A model generated the notes under the pieces. The model was given only the letters and a program-made list of their open reading frames with translations. It made no database searches and was not told the DNA's origin. Shown here piece by piece: positions 14,226 to 36,490 of a stretch of DNA of 64,000 bases. The DNA comes from Tubulanus polymorphus (lineage: Eukaryota; Animalia; Nemertea). The first letter of the stretch is position 1. Each line of letters opens with the position of its first letter. The position numbers and the translations under genes are program-made. The stretch is taken from NCBI RefSeq assembly GCF_964204645.1, contig NC_134031.1, positions 3,100,001 to 3,164,000 of the forward strand, in the 5' to 3' direction.

Positions 14226-17200
14226 TGATCTCTATAATAGTACTGATAGTAAGGCCTTCGTCGTCGTGTAAGAGTAGGAAATTTTGCCATTTCAATTACA
14301 TGTAGCTGGAAAACGATTGAAAATAGTGCAACAAACAATTCCGATGACGGCGTCATAATACAGGAATGGTTGTTTTTTCTTCAGATGATCTTAACACGTA
14401 AGTGCCTTCTACGTGAGATTTCATCACGCCCATGACTGCTGAATTGATAACTGACGCTTATCTAGGCTTTCCACTGCGTTACCTTTCGTTGTGACACAAA
14501 CCGCCGTAAATGCCTCGCGATAAGTCGATTATGAGAGGTGTTTACGATAAGGAAAAGGCATGAAATGTCCGCGCTCTCGTAAACAGACAGAACTCGCCGG
14601 GGATAGTGCGATATTTAGCGACCAGCAGCATTCATAGCGGGATACTTTTCGTTAATGAGTTATCTGAAGACGATGCGTCGTGGCCATTTCGTGGCCCTCG
14701 CACGTCCCGCTGTCTCGTCTCGAGAATAATGACGTAATTGGACCATACGTTAAATGTCGTCGGTTGGTTTTTGATCTAGAGATAGGGATTATTCACCTTA
14801 TTCAAGTATAGGAAGATTGCGTTTGATTTGTTTTGATGTCCCTTACAAACCCACCTGACCTGCCGGTAGCAAACAGAAGGTTTGATTCCGAAATAAGAAA
14901 GCGCCCCATGTAATCGGTGAAATTTTTCGTTTAAACTATCATAAGAGGGGGAATGATGACATCCAACGTTGAACCTGGTACTGAATAGTCTAAAGCTGCA
15001 CGAATTTAGAATACACTGAAGATTGAAAACCCCTTTTAGAAGATAATAAAATACGCTAGTTTTGTCACATGTATATGCATATAAAACAAACTAAACAATT
15101 CGGCCCGACTTATGAAAAAGATAGTTTGGCGTATAGCAACCCATCGATGCTTAGGCGGTTAGAAATAATTATGCAACGGGTGTATTTTTGTTCATTATAC
15201 AAATAATCTACATTTTCTAAGCACGTGCTACCGATCAGCAACATCTGACTATTGACGGCTTTGACGCAATGGAAGGTATCAGATATCTGTGATCTGATTA
15301 ACAGTTATCGACAAGTTATGCGGTCGTTTCACTGGACGTGAACTTTTTCATCTCAGGTCTAGCCGTTCGGTTACCCATGGACGAATATCGGTTTATACGT
15401 AAACTGGAGTTAATAAGTGCACGGGTGAACGAACGGTCGAGAATATATTTCTTATCTTAAAAGCATCGATATTTTAGAAGGCTCGCGATATCAACCATCG
15501 ACTCGATTTGTCAAAGTTCCCATCAATTCTTGGCGAGATCGTTCAGTTTATCTAAGGGTCCACGTGTACTAGCGGTCGGGCAGTTTACTTTGTGAGTCAG
15601 ATCGGGAGTATTTCTGGATTGGAAATAAAAAAATCACGACGTATGGAAATGTATTCCTAATCAAACGTGATTTCATTCGTGGAATCGATTCGAAAAAAAA
15701 ATCTCGAAAACTTTATTTCGTCTTACAATCGATCGAGATGGAAAATTCGTCGTAGATCGTTAATTCCTTTCGAAATAAATTGAAAACGTCAGCTCAAATT
15801 CACCAATTAAACATTTTGACAGTCTGGCCATCATCAGCGACCTGACTCGATCTTTATAAATCGGGCAAACCGCCTGTAATCATTTCTGCGAAGGTGCACA
15901 CCCTGTTTCTCAATTCTCGTGTAGGAAGAAATTGCGCGGCCACGTGAAAATCGTCTTTCACGAAACGTGAAATTCGGTCGTTTGAAGCCGGTTTAATCGT
16001 GGACTCCGAGAGTCCATGATTTAATGAATCGTGCGGGGACTGTACATATTTCCAGCGCGTGTGACGTATCTACACCTCGGGCGCGTTTAGAAATTACGAT
16101 GAAATATGAACAACATGGTACATGCGTGATATACATGAGTTCTTCCAATCATCCTATCTTCAACTTCAGCATTTAGCCGATGGTGTTATGATGAAAGATA
16201 TATGTAATGTAGTTTTATATGCGAGAACGAATACAGCACGAAGGATTGGCTGAATTATTAAAAAAACAATAATAATTGTCGGCGCCCCCGAGTACAATTC
16301 AGTCGCGATATTTTCTTACAGAAAGCCTATAAAAATATCAATGAAACGTCGGCGAACAAACACTTTCAATCATTATGTTACAACCTTCTGAGAAGAGAGC
16401 TCTAACATCTCTGTTGTCTAACATAGCTGTTAAGTAGTCTCTCCTCCTCACGAAGACTCTCACGTTTGAATTCGTAAAGCGTAGAAGAATTACTATCGTT
16501 GTTTCCTATAGAGATTCGGTTGCAGTTGAAAAAGCAGTTACGTAGTAACAAGGTTATATTATGTATGTAACAAGAAAACTAACTTGAAAGTTTATTGACT
16601 CCTTGAAAATAACACATGAATCGCTGAATGTTGTCTGCAATAAATGATATTATAATAGAAATTGTATAATATTAAGGATCAATGAGCTATATATTTTGGA
16701 TTTGAATATATCGATAATTGAATTGAATTGCCCGGCAACCAGTCTAACCCGGCAATATTGATCATCAAAAATAGAATAAGATTCATGAAACATGTTTAAT
16801 TAAAGAAATAATACAAATATTTCTGACGTAGTGCACATCGACTCGCACAGAACTCCGACGCAAGTATCATTTTATATAAACATTATTGTATCGGTTCTTA
16901 TGGCGTCAGAAAATGTATTACGTCCTTTTTTCTATGTCTTTCTCATATAACATTTTTTTCTTACGTTTGCATGCTCGAAGACATGTGTATACCTTCCTTG
17001 TGCAGAGAACGTGCCAATTTCAGAAAGAAATAGCATCGAATTAGCCGGGCTAAAGCAAGACACGCGGGGTGTGTTAGTACAGATAAGGCTCGGCTTTATA
17101 CTCGATTTGACACTGTTACGTTCGTTCGTCTTGCTACTACGTGCCTTTTCACAATATTGTCTTCGTCTCAACCGTCGTCAGATCGAGAAACTTTACGACT

Positions 17201-20200
17201 GAGATACTTGATCAAGAGGCATAAATCTTACCAGTCGTTTCGACAAGACACGGCGGAGGAAACAAAGAGATGCAATAGCTCCGATTTTCTTCGATTGTAA
17301 TGTCTCTGATAATGTGAGGGATTCAGACATGAATCGCTAAAGCTAATTAAACTAAAAGGTATATTTGAAATAAACGGGGTGATTCCGAAGTGTATCAGTC
17401 GCACCATTATGAACATAAAAGCCGGGCTAATACGACAATCAAGTAATTAGTTTTGAAAATCAATTCGTGCTGTGAATCAGATTTTCGAAAATAGATACGA
17501 ATCGCGTCCTTCGCTTTAATAGCGATCATCACTGTACGGATTGATTTGTAATATTCTAGGGATTGCGGGATTGTGTACGAACGCTGAGTGGTTTCATCGT
17601 GGTTTTATTAGAAAGGCCGTTTCATCGTAGATTGTAGATTTAATTTGAATTTTATCGCGCCCGAAGCGGCTAATTTCTCACTCTCAGTTTTATGAAATGA
17701 TCACCATTCGACGTACGTTTGCCGTATCCTTTCTAAATTGAACTTAATGAACGTGGTAAAATTTATAACCTGGTGCGATATCGATGAACCCGCGAATCAT
17801 ACTATCCACCAATATTGGACGTATGTCATCCACACATAAATCTTTTGAATCTTCGGGGATGGCTCCAGAATACCCTAGTGGCACTTGTACTACAAGTCCA
17901 TGAAATGTTTTGGGGGCCCTTTTTAATTTTGTCCAACAAAATTATTGGTGCATTTCATTGTGCCAGTGCGCCTAATATCGCCTTTTTGGATATCGAAGTG
18001 CCCTTTTGGGATGTGATAAGTTCTTCAAAATTAGCTCCTTGATCCGCCCACGGTCGTGATCGCAGAAACTGCATCCATTTTCATGTAATGAAAAAGAGAC
18101 CCTCTGAAAAGTTCTCCGTTATTTAATAACTTTCCGCTTTTTTGCTATTATAAAAATCCTTGCAGCGGTTATCGACCACAGAATTGCAATATGCAATGTT
18201 TCACATTCTCAAACCTGAAGTATAGTCTTATCCGTCGACAGTGCGATCAATGACCAAGCCCTTTCTTTTCTTTCGGATTGCAAACATTATGGAAGCAATT
18301 AGCCGATTGCATTTTATGGCGTTGCTTATACGAACGTTACTATCGACGGCTTAAAAACAAAGCACGTATACAGAACTGAAAACCGCATTGATCTCGCCTC
18401 ATCTGGCCGCCGCAATTCTGTAATTAAACGACGTTGCATCGAATGGGAAAAAGATTCGCAGTGACCGCTCACCGCTGCACGCATACCACGTCCATCCTCG
18501 TGTCCTAATGACGAATTGAACGCCGTGGGCAAGAAGCCATTATCACAGCGAGCGGTTTTGGTTATCATATCCACGAGTTTTCAGAACGCGTGGTCAAACG
18601 TGAGAAAGTGGGATAAAAGGCTTATGTGTTTCATACAATTATCATCCTACGCACGTTAGCTTCTTCGTTTCTTGGTAAGGATGTCATGGGTTCCTCGAAG
18701 GGACATGTTTAGCGGTCTCAATAACTCAGCGGGGTGAGGCATGATGCTGTTGCTTTCACTATCGGTGTTGAGTGACAAGCGGCGGGTTTTAGTCCTGCTG
18801 CTTACAGTGTGCGGGCAGCTCGTCAAAGGCCGTCGTCCCATCCTAGGGTTAAATCGACAATCTTATAGGGTCAGTCTTGTGAAACCAAGAAGTTGAACGG
18901 TTATCCGGATCTGATTCAGGCGGAGTCTACTGTAAAACAAACCAAAATGTTGAACTATGATAATCTTTCCAGCCTTGATGAATATTCACGGAACTTACGA
19001 TGCTTCTGAATAGTGAAAACACTTTTGAACAGATGGATTTGGATTCATATTCGCAACTCGGAAACCAGTTATATCGACCCATATGGTTTCGCAGAATTCC
19101 TCTGCTATAGACTAACGATAATATAAATTCTAAATTAATGCCAGTCGTATGTGAATATTCACATTTATATCGTCTGTCGGAAGCTTCTAAAGATCAAATA
19201 ACCGTTCAAGTTTGCCGATAAGGTCGGTTTCCTGGCCTACTGCATATTACAACGGAAGTTGATCTTAATGAAACGTAAACAATATGGCGTCAGGTATGTA
19301 CCGATATCGAGGCCGTCGGACGATTATAATAGAAACGACGAAGTTTTCACTCAACGAAAGTCCGATAAACAGGTCGTTTGTGAAACGGGCTTCTGATGCC
19401 AGAATTTGTAAATTTTCATATCATTTTTGCTGGTTTGCCATGTATGGCAAATTTCCAAAACCGACGATAAAACAAACTGACGTCACACGTGCGCCATCCC
19501 CAAGCAAGTTATATATTAAGCCGTCAGAAAGACGAAGACGCGATTTTTTTATGAAAACTCATTTTTTGCCAGTTAATACCGAGTTGTTCTGTATTGTTTA
19601 TCCACTGGGAGTAAAAAGCCCATCAGTTACGGATTTGACCTAAGAGTTAATTGCCACTTAGTTTCTACGAACAACGAGTCTGTCTTAAAAAATGACCAAA
19701 ACTATATTGCATTATAGTTTACTCGCAATCTACTAGACCGAGTTATATTTGCCGTGATAACGCGTCCCACACGTCTTTTTATGTCGTTAATGCGGTAGCG
19801 GGAATTATCAACCGACTGTAACAACAATTTTCGATAATTGCTAATAGAAATGTCTACTACTCGACTGGGGCTCGAGCAGAACCGCAGATCCTTTGGTGCT
19901 TACCTACACCGGATACTAGTATCCGTGGGAACACTACTATACCATATAAACTACACAGGCCTTTATGAACTCGCCAGGCGTAGAAATAATTTCCTAACAA
20001 CCCTCGCGGAATCTGAAAATTCAATCGAGCCGTTCGTAAATGGAATCAATTCCGTTCGTCAGATACGTGAAATAAATGAGTTATTTTCTCGTTCATTTCC
20101 CGAGTACCAGCCCTGGAAAACTCAGAATCATGTTCATACATCGATAATGGACCTGTTCCTCATTTATATCAAAGTCTAAGTTGTTAGCTTTGAGAACAAC

Positions 20201-20661
20201 AACGACTAGTCATAAAACACGTGGGGTCAGCAAGGACCACATCAGGTCCGAAAACCAGGTGAAGAAATACTGTTAACCACGGCAAACCTATATTCAAATC
20301 ACCGAGGACGAAAATACATGTCTCCGAATGTGCGAATCCTTCATTGTAAATAGTCATATATTTGCAATTAGCTATAATTCTGTATTACATGCATTTAGTT
20401 TTCGATTTATCATAGAACCTTTTAAGCAGGATAAAGCCTAGATAATTTTTGGCAAGTTTTCTTTTTTCGCGGGTTTTCATCAAGTGCGTCCTCTAATGTA
20501 ATGTTATGCCGATCGAGCGTCTATACAGAAGATGAAATCATTAATCATCTATATTTCCCAGTAGGCCTACCTGTAGGTGAACGCACCATGTAGGCTCGGG
20601 ATGAGATTTCAAAAGACCCACTGATTAAAATGACTTTCAAAAGGTATATCTTTATTTGTAG

Positions 20662-21117
20662 ATGAATATATTCGTGATTATCGCCGCGTGTGCTTACGGT
20701 TTCGCGCTGAGCGCCGTGTCAGCCGCGGAAAACGACATCGCCAGCCGACACAGGCGCGAAATCGGAGACGCGTGGCCGGGTGACTCGCCGTGCGCCAGTG
20801 ACAGAAATTCCAAGATAATGTGCAACAAATGCGACGCGCTGCCGATCGAAATCGACGTCGACGACTGTTGTGGCAGCGAAATATCGTTCAACGTTTGCGA
20901 GTACTGTCTCCAGGATTTGGACGATTGTCTATTGCTGATGAAGGAATTTTACTCAACGGGCGGTGACCCGCGCAAGAAGCGATACGGTCGGCTATTCTTG
21001 TCCGGCAAGCGCGCAGCGGACGTCAACGCCGCGTCGGACATGCGCAAACGATACGGTCGTCTGTTCATCAGCTCGAAACGACCGAATAAAAGATACGGTC
21101 GCATTTTCATGGGTTGA
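20662..21117 (+). CDS. Secreted neuropeptide/prohormone precursor: 8-Cys domain plus three YGR(L/I)F peptides
   Basis: 151 aa. Hydrophobic signal peptide, RHRR site, C-x9-C-x2-C-x11-CC-x8-C-x2-C-x6-C domain, then KR-flanked YGRLFLSG, YGRLFISS and YGRIFMG-stop (Gly amidation donors). GC-rich coding-like codon usage; acceptor TTTATTTGTAG immediately before the ATG. Confidence 0.9.
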   Translation: MNIFVIIAACAYGFALSAVSAAENDIASRHRREIGDAWPGDSPCASDRNSKIMCNKCDALPIEIDVDDCCGSEISFNVCEYCLQDLDDCLLLMKEFYSTGGDPRKKRYGRLFLSGKRAADVNAASDMRKRYGRLFISSKRPNKRYGRIFMG

Positions 21118-21574
21118 ATTACCCCAGACCGAACATTTAAGTTTGATATTACGCATTTATGGACTAAATCACCCGTTAAATCTATGTATACCTAAGCCAC
21201 TCCCATCTCGGCCGGAAACTCCACAGAAACAGTCACCGCTATCGAGAAACGATGGGTTCGTTTAAGATCGGTTGCTAATTGAAAATTCTCGAAATTGTTG
21301 TTCAATTTTGAAATGTGCCTTGTTAATTAAATTATGTTCTAATGGTCTAATACAATTAAACTTTACTTCATTGTGATCGGATTGAGGTTTGATCATGTTA
21401 TAACCCAGAGGCAAACATTCCCATTACAAAAAAACAACCCAATGAACATTCCCATTACAAAAATACAACCCAATGATTCCCACACATTTTCTTCTCATTC
21501 ACTTCTACGTTTAACGCGAGTTAAAATAATAGGTCAAAGGGTTTGTTTTAACCGTCAAACTTTATCCACTGGTC

Positions 21575-21657
21575 AAGTAGACTTGTTCTGCTGGTCTACT
21601 GGTTATATTAGCATGATTTTTACGTACGAGATCCGGGGTTCGATCCCTGGTGAGTGA
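21575..21657 (+). mobile_element. tRNA-derived SINE head fragment
   Basis: B-box-like GGGGTTCGATCCCTGG; a related copy lies on the minus strand at about 4965-5052; no intact cloverleaf. Confidence 0.45.
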
Positions 21658-24215
21658 GCACTTCACTATAACTCCTTAATCGTTTCGCTGCGATCAACAG
21701 ACGAGGACAACTCGCTACTTTCTTTAAATGTCTGTTTTATTTATTCATATCATACTCATAACTTCATATATCTTACAATATCCTTTTGTACATACTCGTA
21801 TTTACAATATATATGTTCGTAAACATGTTGTTCATTCAGTCGAATAAAGATCAACACACCACGACCCGTCAACGTATTCGCCAGGAAAATGACTACTTGA
21901 GATTGCTTCATTTTCAAAGTGTTAACTCTTGAGTCAAATCTTAACTCATAACTGTGGAATGGGTCCTGCTTATCTTTTGTTGTTAAGCATGGCAGGTCAG
22001 GCAGCACTGACCGGCAAACAAAATCCCGTGCTAAACCCCTATATCTAGAGGTTAACCAGCATCTGTGGAACTATGTCGAGAAGATCGTCTGATTCCAGTT
22101 TCGCTATAAGTTAATCAGGGTGAATTTCAATAGCCGAATTCACCGAGAACGTTCTAGGCAAATAATATACATGTAGATCCATGTTTACGCCCCTGTCTAC
22201 AGTAAACTAAAATACATTTCGACAAAAAAAATCGTATCTATCACCTTTGTTTTAAATAACACAAAAAAACAAAAACGTTTACACAAAAATCAGTGCAAGC
22301 ATGATAATTAAGTGAAGCCCATCAATGTTATCATGTATTTCATGAACTTCATTTTTGTGGTCTTGGATATGTACCGTAGCATACATGGATGATGTGTACA
22401 TACACGCAAGGTATGAATTCGTTTTCTTGACGAGATTTTATCTGAAAGAAACAAATTCAGTTTCACAAGCAAATATCAACAGAAATTTCACATTTCGATG
22501 TACTATTAAGAATGGGAAACCTACTAAACCATCAATCACACCAGACTGAATGGCTACCAATGGGTTTTACGTATCAAGTTCAATCGTTGACTCTTAAGCG
22601 TTTTACACTCCATGGTTTAATCATCTTTCAACTGAATTTTTATGCTCTAGAAATAACATAAGCCTACTTATAAATAAAATATTGACTTTTCATATCAGAG
22701 ATTCGCCAAGAACCTTAGTGTCTGATGTACCACAGGCGGGTACACAAGGATCGTAGAGCACCGTCGTAGATCATTGTGGAGACGGCCACACTACAGAGAG
22801 CGCTTGTAGAGCTTGTTTAAATAGAATGCGGATGACTGCGTGACTACTAGTGAACCTGGCGGATCCTCACTTGCCACAAGTGGAATCCTTGATTGTTCTC
22901 TAGAAGGAATCCTAGAGCTACAAATAGATGTATGATTGAATCTGTTAGGAATTTGGCCATTTTGACAGCGAACGAAATGCTGGTATTCAACAAATAAAAG
23001 CAATAACTATAAAACGTTAAATACAATTAACATTTACGCATATCTGTAAATACACTGGTAGCTAAGTAGCTACACGAAATACTGTTGTGCATATGATTAC
23101 TTTTTCCCGTCGTTATAAGCATCGCAAAAAAGACACATTTCATCTGAAAACACGTAGAAAAATAATACCCGATCCAGACTCCAGACTAACGTCTGAGGAA
23201 AGTGTTCACAAAATAATTATGTTTCAATATATCATATCCATATATATTATGTATCATCGGTTGCTCACAAAAGCGCCACTTGTAAATACAAATTTACACG
23301 AAATATTTTCTTAGAAAAAAAGTTATAAAGCGGAACCTCGCAAAAACCTAGTAGAATTTCGTCCCTTAGAACAATTTGAATATTGGAACAAGTGGTCAAA
23401 AAGAACAACAGAATTACTGGTCCTTTGAAGTTCGTTGCTAAGAGGTTCCACTGTATATATCCTTACATCAAATAACGCCATTCTTTCAATGCAAGAACAC
23501 CAACACAATCATATAACAATACATACATTTAAACCTTTCACATTTTGTCAGGAGTGAACATCCTGAAAATGTTGAGAAGAGAGAAACCTTGACAAAACTT
23601 CGACAGGTAAAAATATGAGTTAGATTCATACAAAAGATATATCTTGACTATCATTTTTTTCGAGAAAATGTGGGAAACCAATTACTATGGGGCTTCTCCC
23701 AGTTACACATCACAAAAACATACGGATTTATTATGTTTTTTTCAAGTTCAGTCAACTCTCAATTCTCCACCACTGTCGGCAGATCTAGGAAAATTGGAAG
23801 CAGGGAGTACAGAAGGAAAGGAAAGGCACTCTTGGGTTAAAGGAGCCACGCCTAAAGGCCTCAAGCAGGGGGGGGGGTACTCAATGATATACATCCGCCA
23901 AAGTCAAAAAGATGCAAATCCCAAGAGGATGAATGTCAAATTTACAGGTTTAAACGATTTCTGTCTTGACAAAAAGGGCAATCTCGCTGAGAAAGGGAGG
24001 GGTCTAGACCTCTCAACACAATGTCTCTAGCGGATAATTGAGGGTCACAGTTAATGAAAACCATTTTATTTCACCGTGAACTCAATTTGGAGAGTGGAGA
24101 GTTGAAAAATATGTTCGTTACTTGTATATGTATTACATCGATGCACGGAATCGGAGAAACTATGAGCACAAATATTTCCAGTAAAGTTTTTCTCCAGATT
24201 TCTCTATCGCGTTTA

Positions 24216-32043
<7,828 letters not shown>

Positions 32044-33850
32044 TTTCTATTTTTATTTCCTGCTCCACGCGACCTTCAAAGCGAGGGATGATTTCACCAC
32101 CACCATGCTTTTGGAGTCGTCCTATTTATCGAAGTGGCTATTCGCCCCGGACCCGTACGGATAACTCCGAAGCTATTCGTACGAGCCGGCGTATTTCGCG
32201 GGCCTGCGTTTTTCAAAGTGGTATTAAGTTATCCCTGTGATAAGGCTATCCCGGTGTTAAATTTCTCTATCCCGGTGATTGTTATCATAGGGAGAAATTT
32301 CTTTTTTTTCAAAAGCATTTTTTTCAAGAGCCGTATCCCGGCGATAGCAAAAAGAAAATGGCTGATGATTTCGATCTTATTTCTCACTTCAAGAACTAAC
32401 TTAGGATTTCTTGACATAATAGATTCCAATGCAAATAGAAATAATAATCGCAGTTCAGATCACAAGGCCTAGATGCAGATTGGTGTTTTTATACATTTAA
32501 TACATTTTAACACAGGGGCCTACTATAATTGGCGTAGTGTCGAAATTTTTGTCACGGAACTCTTCCATTACGGCATTTTACATCATAGCAATTGCGCTAA
32601 TGTATATTTTGTCTTAGGACTGGTCCATGCGAAGCCACTGTGTTAATTTATTCACTATGTTTCATTCGGATGTAAAAGAACTAAGAGTTAAACTAGAAAG
32701 TGTTAATTAAATAAACAGAAAAAGAAGCCACGATTTGGTTGTCGTTTCCGTTTAAGGTCGATTCTTTCCATTGTCAATGGATTGTCGCCACGGGCACTAA
32801 CTATATTAGCTTGGATTCCGTAAACATTTCTGTTCAACTCGTACCAAGGAATTATAAATATTTCTACGGATTGTTTTCATTTTCCTTTTTTTCTCTTAAA
32901 CTTCGACCCTATGGGGGCTAAACCAACTACCGTTCAATAATCTGATCGACGGACAGAATTGCTTACATAGAGTATGTATAGGTCTCACGTAATGTATATT
33001 TTTGTATATCACTGACAACTAACGGCTGGTGCGCTTTACCGAAAGATGTCGAACAGACGATCGTACAAACGTTCGACTATAGCGTTCCGTTTTTAGAGAT
33101 CAATCGAAAACTGGGTTTGAACATACTTCCTCTCTAACTAACACTGGATAGACGATTACGTCACTCTTTTCAGGATGCTGACTGCTTTAATCATCACGCG
33201 AAATATTTCCAGGCTGTTTGCTAAAATCTTTGCAATTTAATGTCCATTACTTATCAGAGTCTAATCCCGCAGCGAAATGTTAAAATCGTGCTAACTAAGC
33301 GATCACACGATTAGTGGACTTAGATTAAAGTCAAAATACTGATATTTGAAATTAAAACCGATTATAATGACACTGGTCACTTGTCACTGTGTCGCCTATG
33401 GTTTGCAACAAAGGATAACACTTAACTCATGGGTGTTAACGGACGTATATCACAGTTACCTACTAATTGCTGTAAGTGTGATTAATATGCAGCAATTAGC
33501 AGATAGGTGGGAACATTTTGCTGCACATTAAGTTCAGTAAAAGACGGTCAAATGGACCGATTAACGAAGGGTCAATTTTCACTTCCCTTACCGTTTAATG
33601 AAGGCAGTTTATAAGTTCGCCAAATTCTCCAAGATGTTCACAACGATATTTGGCACCGAGAGAAGCACCACATGTGAGAGTTCACTTCATCATAAGTGTA
33701 TTGGACGGCAACAACAATTATTCGAACTTTCAAGAAGTGCACCTTCGTGATATAGCTTTTTCGAAGGAGTTACGAACCGCTACGAATTAAGGTTATTCAT
33801 ACTGTGACGTTTTTTAAGAAGTTCTAGAAGAAATTCCACCAAGGCATTCA

Positions 33851-34969
33851 ATGGATTTCCCATCAACTACAACCGTGCCAGCAACAATTACCGCGATGGA
33901 ACTCAACATTTCGACTTCTGATTTTGCTGCTATCAACTCAACTGAAATCCCTCTGAAATTGAACGGCACGGCGATGGTTCCCCCTACAAGGGAGCTACGG
34001 ATGATGTGGACGTACATATATGTACATATATTGCCGTACGTCTTCGTGGCTTCTGGATGGAAAGCGTGGTTATTCATGGGCTTACTTTCTGTCGTTGTTC
34101 CGTTGGGTATTTTCGGTAATATAGCCACAGTATTGATTATGCTATTCAGCCCGATGAGGCGACATCCATACAGCGTCTACCTGGCAGCCTTAGGAATCTG
34201 CGACTTTCTGAACACTTGTTTAAGACTGATATTTTTCGTTAATTTGTGCGGGGCGATGCTCTCCTACCCGAAACCGATCATAACAATCGCCTACAACGCT
34301 TTAACCTGCCGCATATTCGCTTACGTATATACGTGGCTGCTTTGTAGCAGTAAATGGATGATCGCCATCGTAACCGCAGATAGATTCTTTGCCGTCGTTT
34401 ACCCGCTGGTTTACCGGCGCTTGTCGAGTAAGTCAGCCGTTGTAAAAATAACCACGATCGTCTTCTTCATATCGGTGATCGTCTGGGTGTATTGTTTGAT
34501 ACCCGGGGTGTTTGACACGTATATCCCGGGGGTCGGGTGTTTGAGCGACGCATTACCCGCGACTATTCATTTTCTCATCACGTCCGTTCTCTTCAGTCAC
34601 GTGCCGATGATCGTCATCACTGCCGTTAATATAACAATCGTTGTCAGCCTTAAACGCAAGACGCAAATGGGCAACAACGTGGATAGAAAGTTACAAGCGC
34701 TGAGTCGTATCACGAAACTTTTGTTGGTCGTATCGAGTCTGTTTCTGTTAATGGCGGCACCTGGTGCGTTCACGTCGGCGCTCCGAGCGTTGAGATCGGA
34801 TCTTTGGTGGATCAACACAGCCTGGGAGATGAGTATGATTACCTGGGACATGCATTACTCTCTGAATCCGCTCGTCTATCTGATCTCATCGGCGGAATAT
34901 CGACAGATTTTCTGCGTCTTCGTGCTGCGTGTCAGGAATCACAAGGAAAGCACCAAAATACAGTCTTAG
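33851..34969 (+). CDS. Intronless class A (rhodopsin-like) GPCR, orphan peptide-receptor/chemoreceptor-like
   Basis: 372-aa ORF with N-terminal sequons (NIS, NST, NGT), TM1 GN, TM2 YLAALGICD, TM3 C..ADRF, ECL2 Cys, TM6 FLLMAAP and TM7 SLNPLVY. Confidence 0.92.
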   Translation: MDFPSTTTVPATITAMELNISTSDFAAINSTEIPLKLNGTAMVPPTRELRMMWTYIYVHILPYVFVASGWKAWLFMGLLSVVVPLGIFGNIATVLIMLFSPMRRHPYSVYLAALGICDFLNTCLRLIFFVNLCGAMLSYPKPIITIAYNALTCRIFAYVYTWLLCSSKWMIAIVTADRFFAVVYPLVYRRLSSKSAVVKITTIVFFISVIVWVYCLIPGVFDTYIPGVGCLSDALPATIHFLITSVLFSHVPMIVITAVNITIVVSLKRKTQMGNNVDRKLQALSRITKLLLVVSSLFLLMAAPGAFTSALRALRSDLWWINTAWEMSMITWDMHYSLNPLVYLISSAEYRQIFCVFVLRVRNHKESTKIQS

Positions 34970-36216
34970 ATGCACCAGTCCTACGTAGAGCTGAAGATTT
35001 TCGGCGGTATCCAGTTTCGGTTTCAACTATAAGTTTATACGTGTAGAACTTGTGATTAACTATACAACCACTCCGTATTGATAAACGCTTATTTTAAAGA
35101 AAGATTTGAGCTTAATGTCTAATTGTTCAGTTACTTCTCTAGAAAGTTGGTGACAACCTCCCGAAGTAAATAAATTGACTGATATGGTTTAGTATGTGTA
35201 AGTAACAACGCCTGGTCTGTAAGAACGCCATCAGATTTACTGCTCACTTTATCGCTAACATTTTTTCAGAGAACATAATTTGCTCAATCTTACTCGATTT
35301 CAATGGAAATACCATTCTTTATATAACGCTAAATTCGTTATAACGCCATGTTTTTACTGGTCGCAGCAGTACTTTGTTTATACCTGCCCGGGAGGTCAGT
35401 TTTATAGATCCGTTTCATCCTCGACCAACTGAAAATGCGTTGAATAACGTACCGGTATACTTCATAACTAGGTTAGCACTTTTCATTTGAAATTGCGCCG
35501 AGCGCAGTTTTTTAGTTGATTTGGGAAATCACTCATTTTTATCTCATCTGGGGATGAGTTTTGGCGGCCCACATTAGACACATGCACGTACATTGTACTT
35601 CTTCATTTGACGTATAACTATATTCCTATTCGCATTCCTAATATATCGTTTATGTATTACTCATTGATTATTTGATATATCGTTACAAATAGATACATTT
35701 TTTGTGATTGCACAATTTATACTCAGTGACGTTGCATGTCGTTGAGTGATCAGAACCACTAATTGGATTGTACATGCAGCTCATTTTCAAGTTGCTTTTT
35801 GAATGATGACGAGTAATCCGGCATCGGTTGTATCAGTTTGAAATGAAATGTAATGAAATGTTTATTTGATTAAAACCTATAATGATCTATGTTGTAAAGT
35901 TGTTGCTCACCTGAGAATAAAAGCTGCACGCTATGCATTGGAAAGAAATTTGATTTTCATTTTCTGCATTGGAACGGAATTCTATTTTCATTTTCTGGGA
36001 TTCGAACCTTTCGAAGGACAAATGTTAATCCAGCTCAATCTCATCAACATCTCGAAATATCAAGATAAAACTCTTATTCATTGAAGGGATTCGTGGACAC
36101 TTCCCGCATGCGAGACTAGGCTCGTATAAGCCTCTTAACTATATTTGAATCATAAATATATCCACAAATGTGACATGGGTTTTCTATCACCTCATAAGCA
36201 TATAAGACCACAGAAT

Positions 36217-36490
36217 GCTACTTTTGGTTGAATTCTAAATGTATGCACTAACTGATAGTACCGTGTATACGTCGTCATATTATCACTGTCTGATATCGAT
36301 TCAAGCTGGGCCAACAAGAAATTGTTGAAACGCATTATTTTCCAATGTTTAAATTCTCTATTTAGAAATGGTTTCAAATTCTCTTAATTCTTTGTCTCGA
36401 GTGAAAAGTTTGACGACCAGAATATTTACAATGTAATATCCAGTTACCCAGCTACGATCGGGGGGTTATATCACACTGCACCATCAGTAA
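36217..36490 (+). promoter_or_regulatory. Conserved upstream module plus TATA/Inr of peptide gene 1
   Basis: Blocks CTGATATCGATTCAAGCTGG, AACAAGAAATTG, GAAxTGGxTTCAAATTCTCT and AATATTTACAATGTAATATCCAGTT recur upstream of most array copies; TATA-like box then TCAGT. Confidence 0.65.

Noticed and set aside
7346-20179. Numerous 60-140 aa ORFs in the ORF track
   Set aside because: No recognisable domains, no consistent exon chain or codon bias; expected by chance.
33814-35046. Short ORFs overlapping the first GPCR (also 48740-49027 over the second)
   Set aside because: They are alternative-frame or antisense shadows of real CDSs.
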